NCBI GenBank assembly: GCA_965222375.1 | Contig: CBDCTZ010000013.1 | Span: 64,001-128,000 of the forward strand | Direction: 5' to 3' | DNA from: Polyangiaceae bacterium | Lineage (GTDB): Bacteria > Myxococcota_A > Polyangia > Polyangiales > Polyangiaceae | DNA length: 64,000 bases | Shown: piece after piece, positions 26,703 to 36,191 of the stretch | Layout of the letters: every line of letters begins with the position of its first letter | How positions within the stretch are numbered: the first letter of the stretch is position 1 | Translations under genes and position numbers: made by a program | The notes under the pieces: model-generated | The model's database searches: none | What the model was told of the DNA's origin: nothing | The model's input: the letters and a program-made list of their open reading frames with translations, nothing else

Positions 26703-27731
26703 CTACGCCACGGTTTGCGCTGCCTTTCGATGGTTGAGCTCGTATACAGAGCCGTCGCGCCACAACGCGAAGAGCACGCCAGCTAGTTTGCGGGCCAACG
26801 CCACGGTAGCGATGAATTTGCCACGGCGTTGCTCGATTTGCTCTGCCCACTTGGACATTGGGTCGTTGGGCCGTGTACGCCGAAAGGTCCACGCCGCCTG
26901 CACCAAGTTGGTGCGCACCATCGCCGGTCCGGCCTTGGTGATCCCGAGCCGTTGCTGACGATCGCCGCTGGATTTCTCGCCCGGAGTCAGCCCAAGAAAG
27001 GCTTCGACAGAGTGAGCGCTCGGAAAACGTGTCCTGTCGTCGAGTGCTGCCACAAAGCGCATGCTGGTTGCCGGACCGATACCGGGCACCGTCATGAGAC
27101 GCTGACAGACTGGGTCCTTCTTCGCCAGGGCCCTGAGCTCCTCGTTGGCTTCCTTGATCTGCACGTTGAGAGCTTCGATGGCCTGCAAAAGACGCTCGAC
27201 GTGCTGCGGCAATCCATCGGGATGAGCGAGGGCTGCAGCGCGGAGGCGTGTGGGCAAGGTCGTGGGCTCGCCGGAGCACATTTTCAACAGTTGCGTACGC
27301 CTCCAGCCTTGCACTGCATTTGCCAATGCCGTGCGTGCACCAAGCAGTTGCTCGCGCATTGCGCACATCGTGCGTCTGTCGCGAGCCTGCTCCGCCGGGA
27401 TGTGCACCGATGGCAAGTCGATACGGCACGAGACTTCGCTGAGGACCTGCGCATCGCGCCGGTCGGTCTTGATGCCTCGAGCCCCGACCCCCAAACTGCG
27501 CACCAACGTTGCTGGGACCACACGCACCTCGTGTCCACATTCCAGAGCCCAGTCGGCGACTCGGAATGCTTCCGAACACGTTTCCAGTACAATTCGGCTC
27601 TTGGGCTGGTGCTGAAAGAAGCACATCAAACTGCTGGTCGCGATCCTCTTCTCCAGCAGAATTCCTTCGTCCGCGGCCCGCACACACACCTGCGATTGTT
27701 TTCCACCCAGATCGACTCCAATATGCTCCAT
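26703..27731 (-). CDS. IS110-family transposase/recombinase
   Basis: DEDD RuvC-like residues (IGVDLG, VLETC, KTDRRDA); C-term TVPGIG and FLGLTPGEKSSG with the catalytic Ser, ALARKLA. Confidence 0.97.
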   Translation of the reverse strand: MEHIGVDLGGKQSQVCVRAADEGILLEKRIATSSLMCFFQHQPKSRIVLETCSEAFRVADWALECGHEVRVVPATLVRSLGVGARGIKTDRRDAQVLSEVSCRIDLPSVHIPAEQARDRRTMCAMREQLLGARTALANAVQGWRRTQLLKMCSGEPTTLPTRLRAAALAHPDGLPQHVERLLQAIEALNVQIKEANEELRALAKKDPVCQRLMTVPGIGPATSMRFVAALDDRTRFPSAHSVEAFLGLTPGEKSSGDRQQRLGITKAGPAMVRTNLVQAAWTFRRTRPNDPMSKWAEQIEQRRGKFIATVALARKLAGVLFALWRDGSVYELNHRKAAQTVA

Positions 27732-27818
27732 GGCTGTCTCCTCTAATCACTGCGCCTTTGAGCGCGTCTGTTGATTGAGGCCCGGTTTCCGGTGACCTCG
27801 TTAATGAGGAGACAGCCA
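27731..27818 (-). promoter_or_regulatory. 5' leader hairpin occluding the transposase RBS and start codon
   Basis: Perfect 13-bp inverted repeat TGGCTGTCTCCTC (27731-27743) / GAGGAGACAGCCA (27806-27818) covering GAGGAG and the A of ATG. Confidence 0.8.
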
Positions 27819-28131
27819 CTGTCGCCTCGCGCAAAGCCATCGCTCGCGCGTCCGGCGCCCAAGCGAACACCGTATGCAGAACGGCCACCATGGCAGCCCT
27901 CCGCATCCGAAAGACGCCTCGGCGGCTACCTACCAGGTCACGAGCCACCCCATCACATCTCCCGGGGCCCAGCAGGGGCGCCCGCGCGCTTTTCCCATAG
28001 CCGCACGCTCATCCGAGCCGCGTCGGCAACTCTCGGCGTTGCACGGAAACCGGACTCCATCACGGCAAACGCGCCCGCCGGCAGGCTGATAGGGAGAGCT
28101 GCGGGCCTGCAACGAACTGCAGGCACGAAAG

Positions 28132-28290
28132 TCCCAGGGTGGGAGGGCACCTTGGTCGGCCCATTGAGTACGCGGGTTGCGCAAAATCTGAACGGTGTCC
28201 CACCCCGGGTGGGACACCTTGTCGGGCGACCGCGATGCTGAGTTGCGGAGATTCGCGCCGGCGACTGGCGTCGTCTCGGCTGTGGGGGCT
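28132..28290. repeat. ~159-bp palindrome-rich repeat, copy 1
   Basis: TCCCAGGGTGGGA...CCCACCCCGGGTGGGACA...GAGTTGCGG...GCGCCGGCGAC...GGGGGCT; aligns with 30474-30632. Confidence 0.9.
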
Positions 28291-28631
28291 TCGGTGCGGG
28301 CGGGCCTTGGGGAGGCCCGTCACGTCCGCACCTCCGCCGGGGCGCCGGCGCCGTGAGTGTTAGCAATGCGCATGAATCGACTTTCACGAGCACTTCCCGG
28401 GATGCAGCGACGCTTTCACGTTGGAGTTAAGGGCGACACTTTCACTTTGCTTTGACAATTCACACGAAAGTTGTTGACAGGTTTCCGCGCGCACGTCGGC
28501 GCGAAACGCCAGCGTAGCGATTTGTAGCCACGTGCCGCGCGCATGTGACTCGTGTGTGCGGTTTCAGGCGCGAGACGGCGCGCGCGGCGATTGGTGGAGT
28601 GATCGCCGCATAGCGTGTCAGCTGAGAAGCC

Positions 28632-30350
28632 ATGGAAACGCATGTTAGGCAAGTAAGCATGAAACACAGCCTGTCCGTTATTTCCAAGCGAATGCAGCAT
28701 CTCTCGGACGATGAAGTCCTGGCGAATCTGGGCAGCGTGATTGGCTCCCGGCGCAAGATCACTGCGGAGCTCGTGGCCTACCTCGGCGAGGTGGAAGCGC
28801 GGCGATTGGAACTGAGAGAGGCGTGTTCCTCCATGTACGAGTTTTGCTGTCGAAAGCTCAAGCTGAGCGAGGGCAGCGCGCATCGGAACCTCGCAGCGGC
28901 TCGGATTGCGCGCGGCTACCCGATGGTGCTGGACCTGCTTCGAGAGGGACGGATCCACGTCACGGCACTCAGCATGTTGCAGAGGTACCTTTCGGTTGAA
29001 AACCACGCCGAGTTGCTCGCGGCGGCCTGCGACAAGAGCAAAGCCGAGGTCGAGTTGCTGATCCGCTCGTGGTTCCCGAGGCCAGATGTGGCAGACGCGA
29101 TCCGCCTGCTTCCCGTCCAAGCGCACCTCGGAGGCGATGCCGCGGCTGCGAGCCAATCCGTTGCCGCGGTTGCGGGCCAATCAGTTGCGGCGGACTCGGG
29201 GCCGCCGCCGGTTGAGCCCAAGCCCCGCGTGTCACCGCTTTCCGCAGAACGTTTTCACATTCAGTTTTCCGCCGGGGCCGACCTCAAGGACAAGCTCGAG
29301 CGCGCCCTCGACTTGATGAGTCACTCGAATCCGAAACGAGACTTGGCGACGCTCATCGAGCGGGGGCTCGACCTGGTGCTAGAAGATCTGGAAAAGAAGA
29401 AGCTCGGCAGGACCGACAGACCGCGGCGCTCTCGAGGCACGAAGCACGGCGACTTCTCCCGCGAGGCACGGCGGGAAATCTACGAGCGAGATGGCGAGCA
29501 GTGCACGTATGTGTCGCCGAGCGGCGAGCGCTGCCGAGCGAGAGCCTTCGTGCAGCTCGACCACGAAAACCCGCGCGCCTGTGGTGGCGCTGGCACGACT
29601 CGCAACGGACGTCTGCTCTGCGGTCCGCACAACTTGTTCGAAGCCGAGAAGGTGTTCGGACGAGAATACATCGACAGTAGAATTCGCCTTCGCCAGCAGA
29701 GGTTGGACAGACAATCGCCGCAAACGCCCAATGAGAGCTGCATCGGAGACACAGGCTCACCGGAGACGGCCGAACGAGATTCCATCGACGGCGCAATTCG
29801 CTTTCGCCAGCAACAGTCAGGCAGCGAATCGCCGCACACGCCGGAAGAGACCCAAGTCGGAGGCGACGCTGACCCACCCGCATCAATCGACTCGCTCAGT
29901 TGCGAAGCGAGTAACGCCGACGAAACCGCATCAACCGACCCGCTGAGCTGCCGGCCAAGTGACGCCCGCGAACCCACGACACCAGACCCGCGGAGCTCCC
30001 GCACAAGCAGCGCCCACGAAACCGCATCAACCGACCCACCTAGCTGCCACGTGGACGTCGCTTGTGAACTCCTCGCCAGTGAGTCACTGCGCTCCCTCCA
30101 GCACGCGGCGGGCCGAGCTGCGGACCTGGAGGCGGAGGCCTTGCCGGCGGGCGAGGTGCGTGACCCAGCCTGCGTGGACTCAACAGACGTGGACTCCAAG
30201 CTTGTCAGCGCACTGACGAACATGGGCTTTCGGCGCCGAGAGTCGAAGAAGGCCGTAGTTGAGCTAGCGTGTCGACGTGACACCCGCGGCCAAGGCACCG
30301 AGCACCTGGCCGCCCTCCTGCGACAAGCACTCGCGATTCTGGTCCCGTAA
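28632..30350 (+). CDS. HNH endonuclease with DUF222-like N-terminus and RuvA-domain-III-like C-terminus
   Basis: IYERDGEQCTY...RC...LDHENPRACGG...NGRLLCGPHN (Zn-finger HNH); C-term VSALTNMGFRRRESKKAV...LLRQAL; start uncertain. Confidence 0.88.
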   Translation: METHVRQVSMKHSLSVISKRMQHLSDDEVLANLGSVIGSRRKITAELVAYLGEVEARRLELREACSSMYEFCCRKLKLSEGSAHRNLAAARIARGYPMVLDLLREGRIHVTALSMLQRYLSVENHAELLAAACDKSKAEVELLIRSWFPRPDVADAIRLLPVQAHLGGDAAAASQSVAAVAGQSVAADSGPPPVEPKPRVSPLSAERFHIQFSAGADLKDKLERALDLMSHSNPKRDLATLIERGLDLVLEDLEKKKLGRTDRPRRSRGTKHGDFSREARREIYERDGEQCTYVSPSGERCRARAFVQLDHENPRACGGAGTTRNGRLLCGPHNLFEAEKVFGREYIDSRIRLRQQRLDRQSPQTPNESCIGDTGSPETAERDSIDGAIRFRQQQSGSESPHTPEETQVGGDADPPASIDSLSCEASNADETASTDPLSCRPSDAREPTTPDPRSSRTSSAHETASTDPPSCHVDVACELLASESLRSLQHAAGRAADLEAEALPAGEVRDPACVDSTDVDSKLVSALTNMGFRRRESKKAVVELACRRDTRGQGTEHLAALLRQALAILVP

Positions 30351-30405
30351 CGGGCCCCCGCAGTGTGAGCGCCACGCAACGGGCCCCCGCAGCGTGACCG
30401 CCGCG
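30349..30405. repeat. 29-bp tandem duplication immediately after the HNH gene
   Basis: AACGGGCCCCCGCAG(T/C)GTGA at 30349 and 30378. Confidence 0.8.
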
Positions 30406-30473
30406 GGTCGAATCTCTGCCGCGAACGGCCGTTGCCACTGTGCCCACTGTAACCCGATTCAGACTTGATGAAA

Positions 30474-30632
30474 TCCCAGGGTGGGAGGGCAACTTGTTCG
30501 GCCCACTGTAGCTTCAGTTGCTCGATTTTTGTACGGAGACCCACCCCGGGTGGGACAGTTTGTCGGGCGATCGTAATGGCGAGTTGCGGGAAAAAGCGCC
30601 GGCGACGGGGGGTGTCTCGACTGGTGGGGGCT
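30474..30632. repeat. ~159-bp palindrome-rich repeat, copy 2 (direct orientation)
   Basis: About three quarters identical to 28132-28290 by hand alignment. Confidence 0.9.
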
Positions 30633-30684
30633 ACCGGCAGGCTGAGGAGATCTGCCTTCGGTCGGCGTGCCCTTCGCGCACCGC

Positions 30685-31974
30685 TCAGCTCTTGAGCTCG
30701 AGACGCACCACGAGTTCGACATGCATGGTCTGCGGCAGGGTGTCGTAAGCGCGCAGGGATTCGATCTGGTAGGCGGCGCCGAGCGTCTCCAGGTCCCGCG
30801 CCATGGATGCGGGGTTGCAGCTCATCACGTGCAGATGCTTTGCGCGGAGCCCGACCAGCCGGGCGCACACTTCCGCTCCCATTCCCGCACGGGGCGGGTT
30901 CGCCAGCACCGCGTCCGGCGGCTGAGAGGCATCCGCCGCCGCCAGGAACTCCGCCACGGTTTGCGCTGAAGTGCCCAGGGCCTCCGCGGCTTCCGGGAAT
31001 GCCTCCACCGCAGCCACCTGTCGGAACTTGTCACCTAGAAGCGCCGCCGTGATACCTGCACCCGCGTATAGGTCGAAGGCGCGATCGCCGCGGAGCCCAC
31101 GCACCATCTCCTGATAGCAGCGCTCGGCCATGGTCGGGTTGGGCTGCAGAAAGGCCAACGGCCCCTGAGGACGCGTTCGTCCGCCGAGCTCTACGTCGAT
31201 GTGCGGCTCTCCACGCACGCTCGCGGCGTCAGCGGCGCGGATCACGTTGCTTGAGGAGGGCTGCACGGCCCAGAACACTCCGAACACACCGTCGAGGCGC
31301 TGGGCGATCTGCTTCGCTGCTGAGTCGGAGGATCCACTGATCAGAGTCACCAGCACCTGACCCAAGTGATTCGTCTTCAACCAAACGTAACGGAGATCGC
31401 CACTGCCACTGCGTTCGTCGTAGGGCTCTACGCCAAGCGCGTTGCAGGCCGAGGTGATCTGACGCGCCGCTGCGGACAAGGCCGGGTGGTCGACGACGCA
31501 GCCGGACATGTCCGCCACTTCATGGCTGCCCCGGCGAAAGCTTCCCAGGGTGATCGCGCCGACAGCGCCGCCCACGACGCGCTTGCTCGACCAGCGGTAG
31601 CCGAGCTCGCGCTCGGGATCCGTAACGAACTTGTCGACCCGCCGCCTCAACTGCTGCTCGACGGCTTTCGTTTTGAGGGCAAGCTGCTGCGCTGGGTTGG
31701 CCGCCATCATCGGGCAGCCGTCGCAATCCAGAGCATGCACGCAGGGCGGCTGGCGGCGTCCCGGGCTGGTCGTGATTCGCTCGACCACGGATGCGAAAAC
31801 AACCGGAGCGCCCCGGGACACATGATCGATCACCACCCTCGCCCGCTCGCCCGGGAGCAGGGAGCGCACGCGCACCTCGACCCCAGCTTCTCGAACCACC
31901 GCGTCGCCGGCCGCGTTGAGCCCTTCAGCCTCCACCACGAGCTGTTGGCCGCACCGCAGCATCACGCGACGCAA
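30685..31974 (-). CDS. RlmD/TrmA-family RNA (uracil-5)-methyltransferase
   Basis: TRAM-like start, C-x5-CDGC, AFLQPN, FDLYAGAG, ANPPRAG, MSCNP and PQTMHVE motifs. Confidence 0.9.
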   Translation of the reverse strand: MRRVMLRCGQQLVVEAEGLNAAGDAVVREAGVEVRVRSLLPGERARVVIDHVSRGAPVVFASVVERITTSPGRRQPPCVHALDCDGCPMMAANPAQQLALKTKAVEQQLRRRVDKFVTDPERELGYRWSSKRVVGGAVGAITLGSFRRGSHEVADMSGCVVDHPALSAAARQITSACNALGVEPYDERSGSGDLRYVWLKTNHLGQVLVTLISGSSDSAAKQIAQRLDGVFGVFWAVQPSSSNVIRAADAASVRGEPHIDVELGGRTRPQGPLAFLQPNPTMAERCYQEMVRGLRGDRAFDLYAGAGITAALLGDKFRQVAAVEAFPEAAEALGTSAQTVAEFLAAADASQPPDAVLANPPRAGMGAEVCARLVGLRAKHLHVMSCNPASMARDLETLGAAYQIESLRAYDTLPQTMHVELVVRLELKS

Positions 31975-32025
31975 GCAAGCTTCAAGGCTTCGCTCCCATC
32001 TCGCTCTTCCTGCCGCCCCATGGGG

Positions 32026-32520
32026 TCACCCAGCGTCGACAAGGCGCGCCAAATCGACAACGACCTCAAACCCATCCAAACCCTCAAACTGTCGCGGATC
32101 GAGTTTGATCTTCGCCGAGCGGGAGCCCGCACCAATGATCACCCACTCGGGCTCGAGCACGCGCGAGTCCACCCAGACCGGCAGCTCCTTGGGCAGGCCG
32201 AAGACAGTCACGCCGCCAATCTGCTGGCCGGTGAGCTCGAGGGTCAATTCCGCGGGCGCGAAACTGACTTTGCGAGCGCCCAGCTTCTTGCGAACCAATC
32301 CGTTCACGTCGAGCCGAGTGTGAGCGAGTACCAAGCACACCACGTTCAAGCCCGGGGGCTTCTTGGAGGCGACCAAGATGGCATTGGCGGATTGCTCGAC
32401 CGGCACGTCGTAGGCTTCACAGAAGGCGGCGGTGTCGGCAAGATCCGGATCGCACGCGACTTCCTCATACACGACGCTGGCCGCGTCGAGTGCCGTGAGG
32501 ACTTTGGGGTCTGCTGACAT
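32026..32520 (-). CDS. YbaK/EbsC-family protein (aminoacyl-tRNA deacylase-like)
   Basis: DPDLADTAAFCEAY, SFAPAE..TGQQIGGVTVFGLP and IIGAGSRSAK motifs. Confidence 0.88.
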   Translation of the reverse strand: MSADPKVLTALDAASVVYEEVACDPDLADTAAFCEAYDVPVEQSANAILVASKKPPGLNVVCLVLAHTRLDVNGLVRKKLGARKVSFAPAELTLELTGQQIGGVTVFGLPKELPVWVDSRVLEPEWVIIGAGSRSAKIKLDPRQFEGLDGFEVVVDLARLVDAG

Positions 32521-32658
32521 TTGTGGCTCCCTGCTTCGGCGTAGCTGCCGGAGAACATATCCTCTGGGCCGTGGTGCTAGCCAGCCCGCCCGCACGAGTG
32601 CGCGCTGGGGCCTGGAAATCCTTTGCCCGCTGGGTTCGTGTTATGAGCGCCTTGTCAG

Positions 32659-33738
32659 GTGGCTACGTTGCGCGGCACTCACACGCTGTTAGGGATCCTT
32701 GCGCTGACGGGCATCGCGTTCGCGGCGGCCGCCGACGAGGCCAGCGCGAGCAGCCTGAGCTGGACCCGCAAGCCGGGCGCGGAGGGCTGCATCGGACAAG
32801 CCGAGTTGCGCAAGCGGGTCGAGGCGCGGCTGTCTCGCAAGCTGGTCGGCGAAAGCGACGCACGCCTGCAGATCCGCGGCGAGATAGCGGCGAACAAGCG
32901 TGGTTGGGTGGCGCGAATCAAAGCCCGAGACGTGGACAGCGGCAGCGGCACGCGAACCCTCACGGAAGACGGCGCGGACTGCCGCAAGTTCGACGCGGCC
33001 CTGGTGCTGGCAGTCACGTTGATGATCGACCCCGACGCGCCACTCGTACCGGAGCCCCCGCCGACGCCGGGCCCGGAACCCGGGACGGATCCAGAGTCGA
33101 AAGCAACGCCGACGCCCGCTCCGCCACCACCGCAGCGCAATGCGACGACCACGCCGGCTCAGCCCTCGCCCCCTCGACCGCCGACGCCGCAGCCCCGCCC
33201 AGCGCCGCCAAGGACTGGGCCGTGGCGCTTCGGGCCCAGCGTCTCCGGAGTCGGCGCGGTCGGCGTGCTGCCCGGCGTTGCCTTGGGTGGAGCAGCTGGC
33301 GCGACGCTGATCGCCCCAAGTTGGTGGAGCATCGAGGCGCGCGGCGCGCTGTGGGCCAAGACCGACTCCGAGCCCACGCGAGCCAGGCTCGGCTTGTCCC
33401 AGTTCAGCCTGCGCCTGTGCGCCCTACCCGCAAGTAACGACCACTGGATGCTCAGCGCCTGCGGCGGCGCCGGCCTCGGCCTGATCTCGGCGCAGGGTCG
33501 CGCCCTCGACAACCCCCAATCCGACTCGGGTTCCTTCCCCTTCGCATTGGCCAGCCTCGGCCTGTCTCGAAACCTGTTCGGCGGGCTGTGGCTGAGCGGC
33601 GGCACGACTTTAGCGGCACCGATTGCTCGGGTCAGGGTGTCGTTTCGTCGCGAAAGCGGCGAGTCGGAAACCATCTATCGTGCGCCCGCGGCGAACCTCA
33701 CGGCAGCCCTCGGCCTGACCTTTTACTTTTCCTCATAA
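32659..33738 (+). CDS. Secreted/outer-membrane protein upstream of an ECF sigma factor
   Basis: Signal peptide; LSW..PGAEGC domain, Pro-rich linker, C-terminal amphipathic beta strands. Confidence 0.7.
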   Translation: MATLRGTHTLLGILALTGIAFAAAADEASASSLSWTRKPGAEGCIGQAELRKRVEARLSRKLVGESDARLQIRGEIAANKRGWVARIKARDVDSGSGTRTLTEDGADCRKFDAALVLAVTLMIDPDAPLVPEPPPTPGPEPGTDPESKATPTPAPPPPQRNATTTPAQPSPPRPPTPQPRPAPPRTGPWRFGPSVSGVGAVGVLPGVALGGAAGATLIAPSWWSIEARGALWAKTDSEPTRARLGLSQFSLRLCALPASNDHWMLSACGGAGLGLISAQGRALDNPQSDSGSFPFALASLGLSRNLFGGLWLSGGTTLAAPIARVRVSFRRESGESETIYRAPAANLTAALGLTFYFSS

Positions 33739-33781
33739 AAAGCTCCGGCCAGGTGCAATATGGGGTTGGCGAGATGTCCGC

Positions 33782-34357
33782 ATGGGAGCCACACACAGGA
33801 TCCAAGCCTCGGAAAGCGCGGGCGCTGCTGCGCCCGGCTCGGCCCCCGGTGCGACAAAATCGCGAACATTTTCAGATATTTACACTGAACACGCCGCATT
33901 CGCCTGGCGCACGCTTCGCCGCCTCGGCGTTCGCGAAGCCGAAGCCGAAGATGCCTGCCAAGAGGTCTTTCTGGTCGTGCATCGGCGCCTGGCAGACTTC
34001 GATTGGCAGCGCCCAATGCAGGCCTGGGTTTTCGGGATCTGCGCCAAGGTGGCAGCCAAGTACCGCCGCCGAGCGGGCGCGCGTTACGAGCGGGCAACGG
34101 CCGAACCGCAAGCGTCGGTGGCGGCGGATCAGTCCAAATTCGTGGAACGACGCCAAGCCGAGGAGCTCTTGGAACAGATCCTGTCCGAGCTCGGCGATGA
34201 GCAGCGCGCCATCTTCATTCTCTACGAGTTCGAGCAGCTCTCGATGGCAGAGGTCGCCGTCACCGTCGGCTGTCCCCTTCAAACCGCGTACTCGCGCCTC
34301 AACGCAACACGCAAACACGTCAAGCAGGCGCTGCAGCGCATGGTAGGCCCCCAATGA
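33782..34357 (+). CDS. ECF RNA polymerase sigma factor
   Basis: WRTLRRLGV..AEDACQEVFL (region 2); QRAIFILYEFEQLSMAEVA..GCPLQTAYSRL (region 4). Confidence 0.93.
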   Translation: MGATHRIQASESAGAAAPGSAPGATKSRTFSDIYTEHAAFAWRTLRRLGVREAEAEDACQEVFLVVHRRLADFDWQRPMQAWVFGICAKVAAKYRRRAGARYERATAEPQASVAADQSKFVERRQAEELLEQILSELGDEQRAIFILYEFEQLSMAEVAVTVGCPLQTAYSRLNATRKHVKQALQRMVGPQ

Positions 34358-35142
34358 CGACGCCGGAAGATCCGCCTCGGCTGTTCGACAACGCCTCGGG
34401 CTTGTCCGACCGCCAGCGCTCCGTGCTGGACGTCGGGCGCAGCTGCGATCCGAGCGACGAACAGCTGCAGCGCCTCGAGAGCCGACTGGCCCCGTTGCTC
34501 GCGCCGGCGGCTGGGTTGGCTCTGGGAGGCGGCGCCGCCGCGGGCAAGGCGGTCAAAGCGGGCTCCCTCGGAGTGAGTGCGGCACTGAAGTGGCTCGTCG
34601 GCGGCGCAGCCCTCGGCGGCGCTGTCGCCGTGAGCGCTGTGGCCATCGATGACCACACCTCCGCCCCCACCGAAGCCATGGGGCAAGTGGTGCAGACCGC
34701 TAGCCCTTTCGCGGCCCGGGCCGCGCGCAGCGCCGAAAACAGCGCACCCGCAGCCGAAGAAGCTCCGGCGGTCGCGCCCACCACCGACGAGCCGGCGCAG
34801 GCACCGCCCGTGGCGCGCCCCAGCGCAGTGAAAGCCGCGGCAGGCGAAAACTCCCGGGAGGCCGAGGTCGCACTCTTGGGCAAAGCCCAGCGCGCGCTCC
34901 AAAGCGGACAGCCGGCCAAAGCCATCGCGCTCACCGAGGAGCATCGCAAGATGCCCAAGACCGTCCTGAGTCAGGAAAGGGAACGCATCGCCATCGAAGC
35001 GCTGCTGAACCTGGGCCAGCGCGCCCGTGCCCGCTCGCGGGCGGACGCGTTTCGCCGTCACTATCCGAAGTCGAGCTACCTACCGAGAATTGATTCGCTT
35101 TTTGGGGGTAAGGAAAAAAACGACGCGAACCTTCATAAATGA
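34354..35142 (+). CDS. Putative membrane anti-sigma factor with C-terminal TPR-like helices
   Basis: ATGA overlap with the sigma gene; one TM; C-term EVALLGKAQRAL...ERERIAIEAL...FRRHYPKS. Confidence 0.7.
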   Translation: MTTPEDPPRLFDNASGLSDRQRSVLDVGRSCDPSDEQLQRLESRLAPLLAPAAGLALGGGAAAGKAVKAGSLGVSAALKWLVGGAALGGAVAVSAVAIDDHTSAPTEAMGQVVQTASPFAARAARSAENSAPAAEEAPAVAPTTDEPAQAPPVARPSAVKAAAGENSREAEVALLGKAQRALQSGQPAKAIALTEEHRKMPKTVLSQERERIAIEALLNLGQRARARSRADAFRRHYPKSSYLPRIDSLFGGKEKNDANLHK

Positions 35143-35189
35143 GCCGGCGTGGCAGCAATGACCAGATGAACCCACGCGGAGAAACCCAA

Positions 35190-36167
35190 ATGCGCTCATC
35201 GAAAATCTTAGCCTTCTTGCCCTTCCTGCTCTGTCTAGGAGCCTGCAACTCCGAACTCGACGTAGGCAACCAATCCAAGGGCTTCCTCGAAGGCGACGCC
35301 GACTGCCTCGGAAAAGCCTGCGGCGACAGCTGCAGCGTGTGTCCGGCCAACGATCCCAACTGCGTCGAAACCGCGGTAGTCAAGGCCTGCAACAGTGAGG
35401 GCAAGTGCTCCCCGCAAGCGCCCAGCATGTGCGGCAAGACCGGCTACGATCCTTGCAAGGGTGCCGCTTGTGGCATGTCTTGCTCCGTATGCGATCCCAC
35501 CGACCCCAATTGCAGCGAGACCGCCGTGGTCAAAGCCTGCAACGCAGCGGGACAGTGCGTCGCGGATACAGGCGCCCTGTGCAGCTACGATCCCTGCTCG
35601 GGCAAGCCCTGCGGCACGAGCTGCACGCTATGCGATCCCACCGACCCCAACTGCAGCGAAACTGCTGTCGTGAAGATCTGCGACGGCAGTGGGCAATGCG
35701 TTGCCGATAGCGGCAAAGTCTGTGGCGGACCCTACGACCCCTGCGCCGGCAAAAAGTGCGGAGACGCCTGTTCGGCGTGTGATCCGACGGATCCAAACTG
35801 CTCCGAGACGGCCGTGGTCAAAGCCTGCGATCCCAACGGCGCCTGCGTCGCGGAAACCCCCAAGCTGTGCTCCACATCGACTTACGATCCTTGCGACGGT
35901 AGGAGCTGTGGCGACAGCTGCACCATCTGCGATCCGACAGATCCGAATTGCTCGGAGACGGCGGTGGTCAAATTCTGCGATCCCAACGGCAGTTGCGTGG
36001 ACAACAGCGTGAACTGCTCATCCACCTATGACCCATGCGCAAACAAGAAGTGCGGCGACAGCTGCACCATCTGTGATCCGACGGATCCCAACTGCGTGGA
36101 AACCGGCGTGGTCAAGGAATGCAGCGCCAGCGGTCAGTGTAAAGCGGCTCCAGCCGTGTGCATCTGA
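35190..36167 (+). CDS. Cys-rich repeat lipoprotein (six ~48-aa repeats)
   Basis: Lipobox LGAC; repeat YDPCxGxxCGxSCxxCDPTDPNCSETAVVKxCxxxGxC. Confidence 0.88.
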   Translation: MRSSKILAFLPFLLCLGACNSELDVGNQSKGFLEGDADCLGKACGDSCSVCPANDPNCVETAVVKACNSEGKCSPQAPSMCGKTGYDPCKGAACGMSCSVCDPTDPNCSETAVVKACNAAGQCVADTGALCSYDPCSGKPCGTSCTLCDPTDPNCSETAVVKICDGSGQCVADSGKVCGGPYDPCAGKKCGDACSACDPTDPNCSETAVVKACDPNGACVAETPKLCSTSTYDPCDGRSCGDSCTICDPTDPNCSETAVVKFCDPNGSCVDNSVNCSSTYDPCANKKCGDSCTICDPTDPNCVETGVVKECSASGQCKAAPAVCI

Positions 36168-36191
36168 GTCCGCGCTCCCCTCAGTAGCGTG

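Larger units (their letters stand above)
26340..27962 (-). mobile_element. IS110-family insertion sequence, IS1111-type (sub-terminal inverted repeats, non-coding region downstream of the transposase)
   Basis: 10-bp IR ATGGGGTGGC (26347-26356) / GCCACCCCAT (27944-27953); minus-strand GAGA lies 4 nt outside both IRs; exact ends uncertain by a few bp. Confidence 0.85.

Noticed and set aside
26335..27948. 537-aa minus-strand ORF spanning almost the whole IS
   Set aside because: It is an alternative frame of the transposase with Arg-rich, motif-free composition. Its coincidence with the IS ends is curious but unsupported.
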